DNA of 64,000 nt from Phoronis australis (GCA_002633005.1 NMRA01000012.1:1542357-1606356), one strand, 5' to 3'; positions 1-14,500 are shown, numbered from the stretch's first letter. Numbers and translations: made by a program. The notes: generated from the letters alone by a model not told the origin.

Positions 1-172
1 CTTGTGCTGTAGGTGGGGCGAAGAGGTACGCAAAAGTAGTACACCATATTTTTCTTTTTCAATGTAGCATCTACGTATCGTGTAACATGCCTGTTGCATA
101 TAGTTGTCACAGTCAACATTCGAGAGTGAAAAAACGGGACAACTGGATTTAAAAAGGGGACTTTCAGATGGA

Positions 173-1578
173 AACTAGAAAGATTATTGTCACGGCGTGA
201 CTCTGCGCGTGCGTATTACTGGAATTATTATGGAAAGTTACTGACAGCAACCCGTTTACCGATATGAAAAGGAATTCTTTAAAACTGTAGGAGAAATTAC
301 ATATTAATTTTTTGATGACCTTTCCACTAATTGACCTCTTCCGGTTTATTATGAGCCCTGATGAGGGAGTAACTGTTAACTCGATTAAAAGTGTGGTTAA
401 TGCTAATAATCACAGATGTTTTACTTTAAGCACTTCAGAAGCAAAAAGCACCTAATGACCCCATGGGTGCACCAAATGACCTGAAAATTTAGAATTCAAA
501 CTCAATTGCACTTAGTAAACAGATACGTAATTCTGAAGTCTCTAGTTCAAAATTTTAGTTTGCACTCAATGACCTTTGACCAATTTTTTCTGATTGGTTA
601 GGCCTATTGTAAAGTAAATTAGGGTATTCAATTGGAATGTTGACTTACACCAGTGTTCTGAAATTGAAAAGAATTCCTTGAAAAACGTAAGACATATAAC
701 ATTTTGAACGTTACATGACCTTTGCACTAATTGACCTTATCCGGAGCATTTTAAGCATCTTTAGGAGAATTATTGCAAAGCCCATGGAAAATGTGTTTAA
801 CGCTGAGAATCACAGTTGTCTAACGGTTGACACATCAGAAAACTTGCTGATTGAAAAGGTCAAATTTTCAGACGAAAACTGCACCTAATGACCCCATGTT
901 TGCACTAAATGACCTGAAACTTTGGATTCCGATTTGATTTACCTGTGGCAATCAGACCTGTCAATTTGAAGTGTCTAGCTCAAAATTTTAGTTTGCACCT
1001 AATAACCTTTGACCTATTTCACCTGATTGGATGACTCGATTACTTAGAAAAGTAAGTTTTTAAATTGTCATGTTGACTTATACCTGTGCACCGAATTTGA
1101 AAAGAATAGCTTTAAAAATGAAGAAGGAGTAGCATTTTGAATATTACATTACCTTTGCACCAAATGACCTCTTCCGGTGCAATATGGATTATGATTATAT
1201 AACCAATCAAAATTTATATACTGTCAAAAGTCATATGCTGAATTAAAAGACCGTACCTGCACCCAGTTTGGAGTTATTAAGCCTCAAAGTTGGTCGGAAG
1301 AAGAATAAGAATAAGAAGAATAAGAAGAAGAATAAAATTGAAGAAAACCCAGGAACAACAGTACTCTGCGCTTACACGCGCAGAGTAATAAGAAGAATAA
1401 AATTGAAGAAAACCCAGGAACAACAGTACTCTGCGCTTACACGCGCAGAGTAATATGAAGAATAAAATTGAAGAAAACCCAGGAACAACTCTGCGCTTAC
1501 ACGCGCAGAGTAATAAGAAGAATAAAATTGAAGAAAACCCAGGAACAACAGTACTCTGCGCTTACACGCGCAGAGTAA
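173..1578 (-). mobile_element. Non-autonomous Helentron/DINE-1-like element (HINE) with central tandem repeats
   Basis: Subterminal inverted repeat ACTCTGCGCGTG (200-211) pairs with CACGCGCAGAGT (copies within 1375-1576). GTCACGGCGTGAC stem-loop (189-201) lies next to CTAG (175-178). AAG/AAT microsatellite at 1298-1335. Internal repeats of about 400-430 bp period (TGACCTTT.CAC.AA.TGACC at about 316, 716, 1149). This layout matches DINE-1/HINE elements. Confidence 0.7.
1325..1578. repeat. Four tandem copies of a 60-65 bp unit containing a hairpin
   Basis: Unit AAGAATAAAATTGAAGAAAACCCAGGAACAACAGTACTCTGCGCTTACACGCGCAGAGTAAT; copy 3 lacks 5 bp. Confidence 0.95.
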
Positions 1579-2743
1579 AAATGGGACATCTGGATCTATG
1601 CCAAACCACAAGGGTGAAATGTTCGCCTCAACACACAAAAGCGCCCTGTCAGCGTTTTTTTGTCAAACGGGAGACTTAACTCCCAGAAGGGCCCGAGTGC
1701 GTTTTTGTTTTTGTTTTAGTCGAATGGAAAATTGCAGGTGTCGCAGAAATCCATGGAATGGCCCGTTTTTCTTGTGGTCGAACGGGAAAGTTGGCTATTT
1801 CGCGTGGAAAATTAAATAGTATATGATAATACGTCAATTTCGCCGTTTGCCGTGGGACGGTATGGCGGGAAAAATAAAAAGGGACAGTCCGCCAAGAGTA
1901 GGGCAATTGGCAAGTACGTTGTATACTGTCAGCAACGCGAAGTATTAAATTTGATTCTGTTACAAGTTAAACTTATCATTTTTTTAAATTTTATTTCACG
2001 GGTATACTAGATGAATACTACAGATAAGAGTACTGCTTTCGAAAGTTACGTAACCGCACGTGTTAGTAAGGCATAAACATTTCATTTGTAATTGCCGAAC
2101 AAACACTCAGAAACCAAATATCACTTCTTTCTATAAAATACTGTAACATGATTTTAACACTCAAAAATGTCTTGTTGAACACTCCTGGCATGTAGTTTGA
2201 TAGGCTGTGGAAAGGGGTTCTAAGACTGGAGCTGAAAAGATAAGACATGGCATCCAGCCATGAGGGCCACAGGTCTATCTATATAAAAAAGTGACCAGCG
2301 TAATTGTCGGGTTTTTTGACTAATTTTACCGAAAATCGCTGATTGTCTGGAACCGTGCCTCAAGAGTCTCGCTTGACGAACAAAAATGACAAAATGCAAG
2401 TGAAGCAATGAAATTAGGCTCGATTTGATAACTACAACATTCATCAAAACTCAGTCGAGCAGGCAGCCGGAAATTCACAGTGTAAACTCTCGCAGGTAAT
2501 CTTGGGGTCGCAAGCTCTAATAATACAATGCATAGGTCACGTGGGAGTTCGCCTTCCAGGGCCAGAGTTTTATGGTCACCCTGAGATGTTTTATTGCAAA
2601 CAAATTGATCCTAGCGGTTCGTGAGATGTATAAAACTAGCCAAACGATATAATGTAATTTCTAAGTTCGAAGGCAATATCTAGAAGTCTCTTTTACGATT
2701 CTTGAAGTTGTAATGTTGCTTTGAGTTTAATTTTGGATATCAA

Positions 2744-2915
2744 TTATTATTATTATTATTATTATTATTATTTTATCATTATCATTATCATTATTAGTAG
2801 TAGTAGTAGTATTTCCATGTTTGTTATTATTATTATTATTATTATCATCGTTATCGTTATGGTCATCGTTGTCTTCGTCGTCATCCTCATCGTCATTATC
2901 ATTATTATCATTATT
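2744..2915. repeat. (ATT/ATC/GTC)n trinucleotide microsatellite
   Basis: Directly visible; it produces the spurious poly-Y/poly-I ORF 2721-2918. Confidence 0.95.
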
Positions 2916-5900
2916 TGATTACCGTGTACGCGAGTTTTCAGGCTCATGCGTCTACGTCTGAAATAATGAATTTTATAAAATTTCTTGGGTCAAACGCCGT
3001 TAACGTAAAATTAAGCGCGTGTTAGTGGGTTGCTGACGAGGGACCACATGCGTGGATAATTTGGATATTTTAGCGACTTTACGAATAAGCGTTGAGTTTT
3101 GCTGCGTAAAATTAGCCTTGCGGCGTGTGAATGCTACTGCGACTGACAAGTTCTTTTCGAGTCGTATACTTGTGGTGCCTCAAACGAATTAGCCGTTGAC
3201 TGTTGAAAACCCGTATGCAAATGATATTACTGCCAATGAAGCTCTACTTCTATGGCTTTGCATGATAGCCCGCATGTGAATGTATAACGTCAAAATAATG
3301 CTGCAATGACACTTGACAAATTTCATAAATTCGTCATCAATACTGATAGTGACATGGTTACCTGTTAACATTGAAGACCCTCCTACGTTATTAACAACTC
3401 TAGTATTATTCATTTTAAAGACAGCCTTCACCAAAATTTTCTTTTTAAGTTGTTCGAAAAGCCATAATACCATTCATCTTTTTACAAATGTGACTTCTGT
3501 CCTCAACAAACACGAAACTACTTGATAATGGTTAATTTCTCAGGGTTATTTACACTGCATGTTTTGTTTAGAAAGACCCGCATGATTTCCTTTTCTTTGA
3601 ATGTTTTTGGCAAGTTATAAACTATTGTGTTTCCTAAATACTGATTTATCGGAGTGTAATCCGCACACTTATTTGGCGTTACCTAGACGCTAACTTGACC
3701 CTAAGGTCAACTTAAAGATGTGCTCCTACATGTAACTATCCTAATGTATAGCAGGAACTGAACGATAATGCTATTTGAACATCATCTACTCTAACCAAAG
3801 TCCAAAAACTTGTAAATGTGAAAACAAAAAATTCTGCAAATAGGTGACCTTTGCACTAATGACGTACCTTGGGGGCTCACGTAGCCCGCATCACGCAGTG
3901 TTATTCCCCAACACCACGTCACGATACTTACATGCACTGGACTAGTAGACTGATTTACGGAGGGTCATTTTCGACACAAAACTCGTTCTTAAAAACATTT
4001 TGCAATTTAAGCTCCAATTTAAGATGCTTCGAGTTAGTTATTTACCACATTCGTGAGATTTACGGTAACCTAAGTTACGGTTCGCCTTAACGTAAAAGGA
4101 TGCCAAACCCGATTCTTTTCTACTAGTTTTTCCAGTATCAAAAAGGTATATCACATGCAATGACAGAAAACACATAATGGGATTAGAAAGTCATGCATGA
4201 AGACTACTAAATAAAATTAATACATATAACTTTGCTGTATCCATCACGTGACAAGGGAGATAAATACGGAGGCAGATTTTTGTAGTGTTGAGAAAGATAT
4301 GTTTTGAATAGATCTTGGATGTGTGGTGAACAAATTTAAGAAATATCTCAAAGGTTCTTTTTTCACTTTTTTACTTAAAATGTCTCAATATTGCGTTTTT
4401 TTTCTACACGTTTAAGCGATTTTTTTTCGTAATTTCATTACATTTGGAATAGGTTCAAGAAGAAATAATTTATGAAGAACAACATTTTAGAGAACATGAT
4501 GTCTGACGTATCCATGCACTCTTTCACTCATTGAACGTTCACAACTGTCCGCGGGTCAGAGGTTATACATACGCAAGTGACGACACATTTGCCTGTTGCT
4601 AGTACTCAAAAGAATTTTACGGCTGTTATGAATAATTCGTGTAATTTGTAATGAAATTTTCTAATTTGCGCATTATTAAAGACGATTTAGCTCTAATTTA
4701 CAAGCGATTAGTTCGAGACTATATGAAATGGGCTAACCGAAAATTATCTTTTCATTTTGAAGATAAACGCCTACATGTACATCACATGAAGGTGTCGTTG
4801 TCTGCAATACAAAAATGAAAAAGCTCAAAATCGCACTGTGCGTTCAAAAGTTATCACTATTTTTGTGTCAAAATTTGGCTCACTTTCTCACTTTTTTATC
4901 AGGCCGGCCATCTTGGACGACAACGACATGGGTTACGAATATAAAAGTAGTTAATACATATTCTACTGTAAAATTTAGTAACATTTATTATTTCTCAACA
5001 TTCAACAGTTTCCACTAGAATTTAATCACGCAGATGTTACATGTTGATTGGTTAAAGTACTTATATCTGACGTTGGACTTCAGGCGGCACCGACAACAGG
5101 GCGACGTTTGCTGAACTGAAAAGCATGTTCAATCGGCTACTTTGTCATCGGTGAAAATTCAACTATCATACATATATAGACACGTTGCTAAGCAAAAGGA
5201 GCTTTGTACAATTTGCTGATGTTTGTGTTAAAAATATTAAGAATATTTCATTTATTTCAATGTGAAGTGTTTCATTGCATTGACCTTGCACTGTTCTAAA
5301 AATTTAGTTGACGTTTTTGTTTGAAACGCAGTTTTTCTTCAAGGTTTGAGTATGTGCCACAATAGGACACGCATTCTTTCAAAGTTTTATGTATAGATCG
5401 TGTTCATTGATTCGTGTTCTTTAGCTTGTTACTTTCTACCTCAAGTTATGTCAAAACAATGAAATGTGAAGAATCTACAGACATAGGTTACATATAGATT
5501 ATGAAATGCGAAGCTTCAAATCCTTCATCTTTATAGCTTCTTAATTTATCATCATCGTGCTTGTCAAATTCATATTTAATTTGCTAGATGTAGCACTCAG
5601 CTACTTTAAAGGTTTGCAACCCATACACCCAATGTTTTAAAGAGATGGCATTTTTTAATTTTTTATGGAAGTGTGACAACAAGTGACATCAAAAATCAAT
5701 TTTGCGTGGCATCAAGCGATTTGACATCCTGTAGAAAATATAAGACTTAAACTGAAATGACTTTGTATTAAAGATTGACTGGTAACAAGATGGACATTAC
5801 CAGGGCACAGGATCAGCTGGCAACTGAGGGGGGCACGGGCTGGACACGTGAACAGTCTCCCACATGCTAGAACTGTCACTGGTGGTGCAGCACATGTTAG

Positions 5901-7285
5901 AATCTTTCGAAAACATGCGTGTTCCATAGTGTCCTGGAAAGAGCATTTTGGCCAAATTTAATGAACCTTCGCCAAATCAATCTACTTACAGAAAATGCCA
6001 CCAGAGGGGGTCTACAATCGTCGAATAATCTGAAATTGTCGTCGGCCGATTTTATAACCATAGAAATATATTTTCAAAAATTAATGAAGCCTCTATAAAT
6101 AACATAAAGATGTTTTCTTTCCCCTCCTTTCAAACAGTTTTGAAACCACTTTACTTGCTGTACATCTTTGAACCAAAAATGGTCGGTTTTGGACAAAAGA
6201 CATTTTGAAAATATCACCAGGATGTATGTACACACAATTTCTCCAAGATATGTCGGTGACCCTAGAGTCGACCTTTTGATGCTGTCGTGGCATGGCAGTT
6301 TAAGGTTTTCCGATACAGGCGGCTAGGACAAAGTTGTAGTAAAATGGAAACAAGGAGCAATTGTTTACTAACTTGTAATCAGGTTTTTATATTTGAATAG
6401 TTGCACGCGACAGGAGGATGAAATGAAGGTACACGTAACTAATGGGGCGGATGTCTCATCATATGACGTTGACGTCGCCAGTTCAAATTGCGGGAGAGTT
6501 GTGTCATAGTTCCAATTTCTGGGCGACACTCGTCTGCCATTGCCGACACCATTTGCAAAATAGGTGCTGCCATTTGTCTGCACAGCTTTCCACGACAAAC
6601 AGGAATGATGCAATTGTCCCAAAGTGTCATGTATGAATCGTGTATCTCTCACTTTGACCCAAAGAGTGCAGTCAAAGCAATGGAAGCAGTTTGACTCGCC
6701 ACCCTCAAAACTGCTCCGTGCTCTCATGGCTCCATGTTTCAGCTCCAAATCACTGCACTTGGGTCCATGTAACAGAGAACTCGTTGGAAGTTAAAAGCTG
6801 GTAGTCACTGCATAACCTATGGAGATGTGCATCTCGGGTAATATTTCAACTTTCTGCATTACCCAATAAAGGATTACAGAAAATCTTTAATGAAATTCCC
6901 TCGTTCAAGTCTATTCAGTGCTGTTAGGCGCCAAAGTTTCGTGGTACAATGAAAACAAGAGACTTCTTGTGGACCTTGAAATAACCAAGATTCGTACTGG
7001 TGCCTTAGGTGTCTACTTAATGATTCTTCAGGTCTTGATGGATTTCTAATACCTGGTTGGAGGCCATCAGAATTCGGTGACCCATGAAGTAAGTTGCTCG
7101 CCTTAACATCTTTGGTTGGTTGTCAATTCCTGGTATTTTGACGGGGGGTATGTACTCATAGGGAGACCTCCTGGTTCTCTCTATAAATATAGTCAAAGAC
7201 CTGGTGACGGTCAAGACTTATCATGTTGCATGCTCCCCTGGCTACAAAGGCTCTTTAATTGTCGTTATCCAATGCTGTTTTCCAG

Positions 7286-7435
7286 GGTATCATGGCAATC
7301 ATTATGATCATTCCGGGAGACATCTTTACGCTGATCGATTTCTTCAGTTTCACCGCTTGGTTGATCTATGGCGCCAATATGCTTTCCTTGATCGTAATGA
7401 GGTTTACGAAGAAAGACGTCCCCAGACCTTATAAG
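7286..7435 (+). CDS. SLC7A9: SLC7 (b(0,+)AT/LAT-type) amino-acid transporter light chain, internal exon
   Basis: TTTTCCAG acceptor and AAG|GTGAC donor. 150 bp encoding GIMAIIMIIPGDIFTLIDFFSFTAWLIYGANMLSLIVMRFTKKDVPRPYK, typical of SLC7 TM9-10 and the RPYK motif. Upstream exons are not seen in the window. Confidence 0.88.
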
Positions 7436-7469
7436 GTGACTAGTTCAATACGATGTTATATGACGTCCA

Positions 7470-9200
7470 AAACAAACGGATGTAGGACCCTACAAAAAAT
7501 TCCAAATTTTTCTACATTCGGGACATTATATCTCAGAAATGGCTTACCGGATCTAAATGAAACTTTCAGATACTATCCTATGGGCACTGTTCTTCAAAAC
7601 ACTTGGATTCGGGAACTGCTATTAACACGACTCACTTTTGCAATGTTTATCAAAAATAGTAATTATGATAAACATTTAGAAAGCTGAAACATCATTTGTG
7701 AGAGATCGTCTTAAACATTTATATCAAACAAAATGAGATGATGCCGTTGGTTTGCTATGAACGTACCTTTCTTTTTGCTATGTTTTACAAAAAAGACATG
7801 GCCACGTGACCAAAACAAGAGCAGGTTGGCATAGAAGCAAGAATCGATTTCTATAGGATTTCTTCTTTCAGAAATTATATACTTTTCACAGACTTGTCTA
7901 CAAGGTCCTACATAAGCAAGAAACAAATTTTCTAACTACGTAAACCTTCAGTTCAACCAATTCGAAGTTGAGAAAGATAACAGTTTTATGACATGTAATT
8001 AGGCGAACAGACTTGCACAATCATGACCAAATTTGGCAAATTTCGGGACGTCAAATCTCAACTGTGGCAGATCGGATTCATATGAAACTCCTAGGTACCG
8101 GGTTTCATGCACTGTTTTCCGGAATTGTTTTTAAAATGTTCCATTTTACATGATGGTCTGTTAAAATAGGACTTTATGATTTTTATGAAAAACTCAAATA
8201 ATGCATTAACGAAAACGAAGCCTTAATTTAGAAAGCAATAACAGCATGGGGATTTTATCTTGAACATTATGTAAAGTGAAACTTGGTCATGTTATTGATA
8301 CCGTTGATCTGCTTTTTCTAAATTTTACTAAAAAGACATAGTCACGTAACCCAATTAAAACCAGATTAGTACAAAGTCAAACCTGCTATTTTACAATTTT
8401 CCTACTTTCAGAAAATACACTTTTACCAGTGGCGGATCTAGGATATCACAAGGGGGGGGCCCAACATTTTGTCCGGCTGTAAACATTTGCGCAAACTGAA
8501 CCACGATTGTAGATGCGCATAGCACCAAATGGGGGGAGGTCGGGAGGNNNNNNNNNNNNNNNNNNNNNNNNNNNNNNNNNNNNNNNNNNNNNNNNNNNNN
8601 NNNNNNNNNNNNNNNNNNNNNNNNNNNNNNNNNNNNNNNNNNNNNNNNNNNNNNNNNNNNNNNNNNNNNNNNNNNNNNNNNNNNNNNNNNNNNNNNNNNN
8701 NNNNNNNNNNNNNNNNNNNNNNNNNNNNNNNNNNNNNNNNNNNNNNNNNNNNNNNNNNNNNNNNNNNNNNNNNNNNNNNNNNNNNNNNNNNNNNNNNNNN
8801 NNNNNNNNNNNNNNNNNNNNNNNNNNNNNNNNNNNNNNNNNNNNNNNNNNNNNNNNNNNNNNNNNNNNNNNNNNNNNNNNNNNNNNNNNNNNNNNNNNNN
8901 NNNNNNNNNNNNNNNNNNNNNNNNNNNNNNNNNNNNNNNNNNNNNNNNNNNNNNNNNNNNNNNNNNNNNNNNNNNNNNNNNNNNNNNNNNNNNNNNNNNN
9001 NNNNNNNNNNNNNNNNNNNNNNNNNNNNNNNNNNNNNNNNNNNNNNNNNNNNNNNNNNNNNNNNNNNNNNNNNNNNNNNNNNNNNNNNNNNNNNNNCCGG
9101 GCCCCCTGGGCCCCTCCCCCTAAATCCGCCTATGTTTACTGAGTTAAATCTATAGTGTTTGGCTTAATACACAGACTAGTCGATGAGGTCCTCAATAACT
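7470..9200. repeat. Dispersed repeat with an internal duplication of about 530 bp, interrupted by a MITE
   Basis: AAAAGACAT.G.CACGT.ACC at about 7791 and 8331; TCTCA...CGGAT...ATGAAACT at about 7531 and 8056. The same motifs (GACCCTACAAAA, AAAAGACATGGTCAC) recur at 53820-54300. Boundaries approximate. Confidence 0.5.
8427..9134. mobile_element. hAT-like MITE spanning the assembly gap
   Basis: Termini CAGTGGCGGATCTAG ... CTAAATCCGCCTATG are imperfect inverted repeats, with G/C-run subterminal sequence. The interior is N (8548-9096). No clean TSD. Confidence 0.55.
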
Positions 9201-10121
9201 TTATGCAATAGTTGGTGAAGCCAAACCGGACTAGATGACAGCTCGTTCAAACAAAAGAGCTTAAAGAGGCAAGAAAGCGAAACTCGTCAACGATTTCTTT
9301 TAAACAATTCCTAACGAAAGTACCGACTCGCAAAGTCTACTACAAAGTTATACAGTTTCCCCTGTGAGGGAATTTACAGAAAAAGTAACAAAATTGGTGA
9401 TTTTTTTACATACGCGCTAAGGAAAAACTATTAACCACAGAGTTTTTAATGTCCCTCCCGCTTATGATAAGTGCGCGCATGCGCTCGGTCATTCGACAAA
9501 TGGCTGACTGACAAGATGAATATTAATGGCAGCTTATCATTTGTGGTAGTATGAGGCAAGCCAGTGAAGAAAGTAATTTCCTAAAAATTATTCCAAGTGC
9601 AGTTTAGAATATAATTGAATACTATGATACCTTTAATACTAATTACACACTTATGACTCACATCAATTGCCTCTTAATCGGACTGGCTGCTGCTTGAAAT
9701 CGCTGTTTTGTTTACATCAAAGGGCAAATGTCACATTTTCCATTTACAGTGTAAGGGAAATGTGTGACGTCTGTGTCTTTCCGTTCCAAATAAGGAGACG
9801 TGTTTTGCCTTTTGGGAGGAAAATAAATGAAGTGACGAGCAGATGTCACGTCGTTTTTTGAAATTTAAAACTAATACAAAAATGCTATGACATCAACAGA
9901 AATTCAAAAAAAAAAATACGAACAAAATGTAAAAATTCCTGGTGAACACGTTGAGTTTTTTTCAATGGTAGAGAATCACTTTGACTAATGCATTTCAGTC
10001 CGTTTGGGCGTTCCAGGCCTCTTTAAGATTTACATTTAGAAACTTGATGCAATACAAGCCAGAAAAAATGGGAGAAATGGATTACGATGCTTGTTCAGCT
10101 AATTGACATTGTCTTTTGCAG

Positions 10122-10290
10122 GTGCCGATCATCATCCCCATAATCATCCTACTCGCCTCAATATACCTGGTGGTCGTGCCTATCATTCAGAATCCTGCTA
10201 TAGAGTTTTTATATGCCTTCTTGTTCATTATCGGTGGACTTCTCGTTTACGTTCCCTTTGTGCACTTCAAAGTATCTCCCCGTTTTATGG
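10122..10290 (+). CDS. SLC7A9: SLC7A9-like transporter, penultimate exon
   Basis: TCTTTTGCAG acceptor and G|GTAAGT donor. Encodes VPIIIPIIILLASIYLVVVPIIQNPAIEFLYAFLFIIGGLLVYVPFVHFKVSPRFM (TM11-12), in phase with the previous exon. Confidence 0.9.
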
Positions 10291-11525
10291 GTAAGTCTGT
10301 AATGGAAAATATCTGCGCAAAATTATTGATTCAGGAGTTTGTGTCATAGACCCAATACACTCTCACGAAGCACCAGAGACTAGAAATCGTCATTTATGGA
10401 AAGAGAGCGCTAAAGTCTATACCAATTCAACATTCCTACATGTACCTCACCGACCAATTACATTTTGCTTAGGTACTAGTAAGGCCTCGAACAAAAGTGG
10501 GAAACACGTCTTTCACTCGTGTGATTTTGCGAGGTGTTGCTTTTTCGCAAGATATTTGTACCTACGTAACGCACCCCGGATGTTTCCCTACTGGGGCCAT
10601 GGACTTTAAATTGTTAGTACTATAGAAGTCCATACTAGGACCAGATATTGGCAACATTTTATGAAAACATATTGCTGAAGACTGTCTTTCAACGTGAATG
10701 GCAGCGTTTGTTTCACCAGCTATTTGCGAGCTGAGTACAAATGCTCTGAGATAATTAATCACCTGAGACAAAACTGGATTGATAGCGATTTCGTACATTC
10801 GAACTGAAGGACTGGTGACATTCAACAGAGATATTAGATTTATCCGGTGGCAATTGATCAAAGATCATAATGAACATCGCGGAAAATGTACAACTATTTT
10901 CTGCTACGTTAACTCACAGGGCTGCACTGAAATGTCCATTGTGTATATTGAGTTTAAGACATGCCTTCCCGAAATGTGTGTGGTTTGCAAAATTGACAAT
11001 ATGGGCAACACGTCCTGAGCAAAGTTGAGTTCCGTAGACATTAGCCATGCACTTGAGCAGAGAATTCTGTGCTTATGGAACGGAAGCAGTGAATTCTATC
11101 CCATAATTCCGTAAATCCATCTCATTATTCAACATTCCAAACTCACCAACCTATCAGTTCAATGGCTGCAGTTTTGTTAGATTACAGTAACGCGGTCTCC
11201 AGCATACTCGTGATCCACTCCCCTTTCCCTTTCGTGAGTTTTCGTGGTCTTGCGTGATCTCGCTTTCTCGCATGAAATTTGGTGTACGGTACGCTACCTA
11301 GCTTTCGTGATGTGGGCTTCCTTAGCGTAATGGCAAAACGTTAGTTGTTTCTATCGACTATTTTTGCTAGAGTACTCATTCACTAAGAAAGCTCATGTAG
11401 ACGCTCGTTCAGAAAAAGGTCCACATTTGCTCAGCCTCATTTGAAAAATATTCGTAATAAAGTACATGGGTAAGTATTGACACTATAGGTGGCGACACGG
11501 TGTTAATAACCTTGTTTTGTTTTAG

Positions 11526-11593
11526 ATTACATCACTATGTTTTTTCAACTCCTGTTCGAAGTTGTACCAACCGAGACGATACCAGAAGATTGA
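11526..11593 (+). CDS. SLC7A9: SLC7A9-like transporter, terminal exon
   Basis: TTTTGTTTTAG phase-1 acceptor. Encodes DYITMFFQLLFEVVPTETIPED*, resembling the b(0,+)AT C-terminus (ITMxxQxLxEVVP). AATAAA at 11651-11656. Confidence 0.85.
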
Positions 11594-14500
11594 TTGATGG
11601 CTCCAACTGTTTTCTATTACTTGTATAAACTATGTATTTATACCTAAAACAATAAACTGTTCCTGATGCCAATGACAAATCACTAGAAGCTAAGGGCAGT
11701 TTCAATGTTGCGTCGAGATACTAGAATAAATTTAGAAATTTCCGTAAATTGCACTTGAATGTGTTGCATAAAGATATGTAGATTTAGTAAACTTTTTATT
11801 TTATGACGTGGTGAATTTAGATAATAACATGAGATCAATCTTCAAGGGTACTTTTAAGGTATGTTTTTATGTCGAAAGAGAAATTGATTTATGACTTGTG
11901 TCCTATTTGTAAAATATTATTATAGAAAGCATAGTCTAAATATACACCAGGTGGAAATTTTGCCGACGCGTTTGAGACAATCTTGACTTATTTATGCGGA
12001 GGTGCAACAGAAATAGACAACTACCTTACAATTTTCATTCCGTACACATTCGTTATCTGATTTACAATTGTTAAGCAAGACACATTTTGATAACATTACC
12101 ACCTAAAACCACAGCAATCAATGCATGAAGAATAATATTCCCAGGATTAGCATTTTAAGTAATGTTATTACGCAGACCCAACTCTCACAATTTGAAATAA
12201 CGACATGTGTGACTAATACAGAGGTTTGGCATTCAGCGGTTTATTATAAAAATCATACTTTGGTCTGCAACCCTTTCAGGTGATTCTACTGTCCTCCGAA
12301 GCGCGAGTTAAATTACATTACCTGTAAGGTAGGCCATTCATCTAATTTCAACGATTAAAACGATGACTTTTAACAGGTTTCTACTTGCCTAGCCGCCATC
12401 ACGTTAAAACGCAAAACAGCCGCTTTAAAGCGTCAATGTAAATCCACCTTGAAAGTTCTGCGTTGCCCACCTTGAACAGTGTTTAGTGAAGGGGCGGGGG
12501 GGGGGGAGTTCTTAAGTGCTAATTCCATCTAACTACACAAAACGCTAATTATACGTCAGGTTATTCGACCACATGAGACTCATCCCAAGCAATGCTATAG
12601 CATGATAGAAAATTATGCTCGGGCCCAAATACTGAGTACCTGAGAATATACCCATGACTGCTAGTTACTTATATAATTTGAATTAATTATTTCTAGGCGA
12701 TGATGTGCGAATGCTTACATAGCTAACCTTTAGTCGGGAATAATGTGAAGTGGGAACGCAAGACCAAATTTTTGACTGAAGTCTTGAGTCACTGTCTATG
12801 AAACAGACCCCAATTTTTTAGAGATAATCGGCCTATTTTGTGTCTCATGCTTAGCCATAAGTATGACGAAAGGGTACCTCTCGGCGCTAGACGCTTCTTT
12901 AAGCGACTATGAACCTGTCTTACATCACAAAAATCAACCTTTGATTTAAACAACTTACCGTTATGGAATTGGTAACTTAGTCAAATTGTATGTGACTTCT
13001 GGGTTTAGAAAGAGCTGACAGTTGCTGATTCCTTGAGGCAAGCTTCTACAAGTTGACTTATCACGGCGTGTCATTTTATTCGCCGAGTATAGTCTCGAAT
13101 GAGATCACATTTCATTTTGAGGAATAAACAAGTTGACACCAATGTTATGGCTGTAATGGTCAAAATCAAAAGATTTTTTTGACATAACGCGGGTTTATAG
13201 CAGCTTCCAGTGCATCTTGAGGATGAAAACGACCGACAAAGTCAGAAACGTCGTGCAAGCAATTAAGCATCCTCGGCTCGGCTGTGAATTTAAAGAACCG
13301 CTATCTACGCTTGTCCCTGTTTTCAATCATAAACATATGAAAAATACTTTGAATTAAATGTCACTTGATCTAGCAATAGCCAAAATCTTCCGAAAGCAAA
13401 CCTGAGAAGAGTTCTTGGAAAGTCACCAACTTGAGAAGTGACAGCGTTATCACTGCTTAGCACTCACGTCCATGTCCGGTAACAAAATGTGTTGAGGATG
13501 TTTATTCTACACGATTCTTTGAATCTACTCTTGTACGCAGGCGGTTTAATCAAGAGGGTGAATTGAAGGATCGAAAGTCACATTGCAGACAGCGACATGC
13601 ATTAAGCGTTGTGTCATCCAAGAACAATCGTGGTAAATAGGACATAATTTCTCGGAAGTTTGACTCATTTTACTATCCAGTTCTGTAACTCTTGGAAGTT
13701 GGTATCAAAATGAACACAGTGTTTGAAATACTAAGCCTTTCAAAACTGAGTAAGCAGACGTTCTCACATATGTGAGTGTTACTTTTCTTCTTACCATAAC
13801 TTCAAAATACAATTTAAGTTTAGGGTATCAAGACGAAGAGTTATTTTGAACAAATCTTGTACCATACAAATGGAATGCCTGGTGCTACGAAAGTTGGCTA
13901 CCATTGACAACCTTTCCAATTCTAATACGTTTGTCTTACTGTGGTTAGACTTGCTAATTGGGCTAGCACGCTTTTGATATCTGTAACTCGTTTACTCCTA
14001 AAACGGAAGTGTTCTCAGAACAGAAACTCCAAATCAACAGGAACTCTCATAGTGCGATGTATCTTGCCGACCGAAGTCTTCATCTGGTTGTAGAAAGTTA
14101 TGATACGCCAAGGCTGAATGTTACGCCACTGTGGAATACATTTACTTTGCGTTGAAATTTGGGCTCTTATTAATCGCCAATGTCAAGGTTAGTAATCTGT
14201 GCATTGACAATGAGAATTCATTAACAGTCAAGTGTGTTATAAATAAGTGATGGTCGTGTATCAATTAAACGGGAAACTGTTGACACATTCTAACACCCAA
14301 TATTTTTGAGAGAATGCGTTTAGAAGATTGAATTAATAGCATATATCTATGCTTTAAGGCATGTAATTTAAGCTATTGGCTACTTGTCACTCAAGATCTA
14401 AAATATTCTACCCGTAGGAGTGTTTTTTCCTCTAGAAATTGAATGTTAACAAATAAACTTCGTGTTCTCAATGGAATCTTTACACCTTCTTTCCGTTTAC

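Noticed and set aside
1325-1578. CRISPR-like array of hairpin repeats
   Set aside because: No unique spacers (whole units are repeated), no cas genes, eukaryotic context; explained as a transposon end.
2721-2918. Hydrophobic 65-aa ORF
   Set aside because: Translation of an (ATT)n microsatellite.
6368-6748. Cluster of overlapping ORFs in a slightly GC-richer patch
   Set aside because: No recognisable domain in any frame and no consistent splice structure; intronic to the SLC7 gene.
8513-9155. 209/208-aa ORFs
   Set aside because: Artefacts of the N gap.
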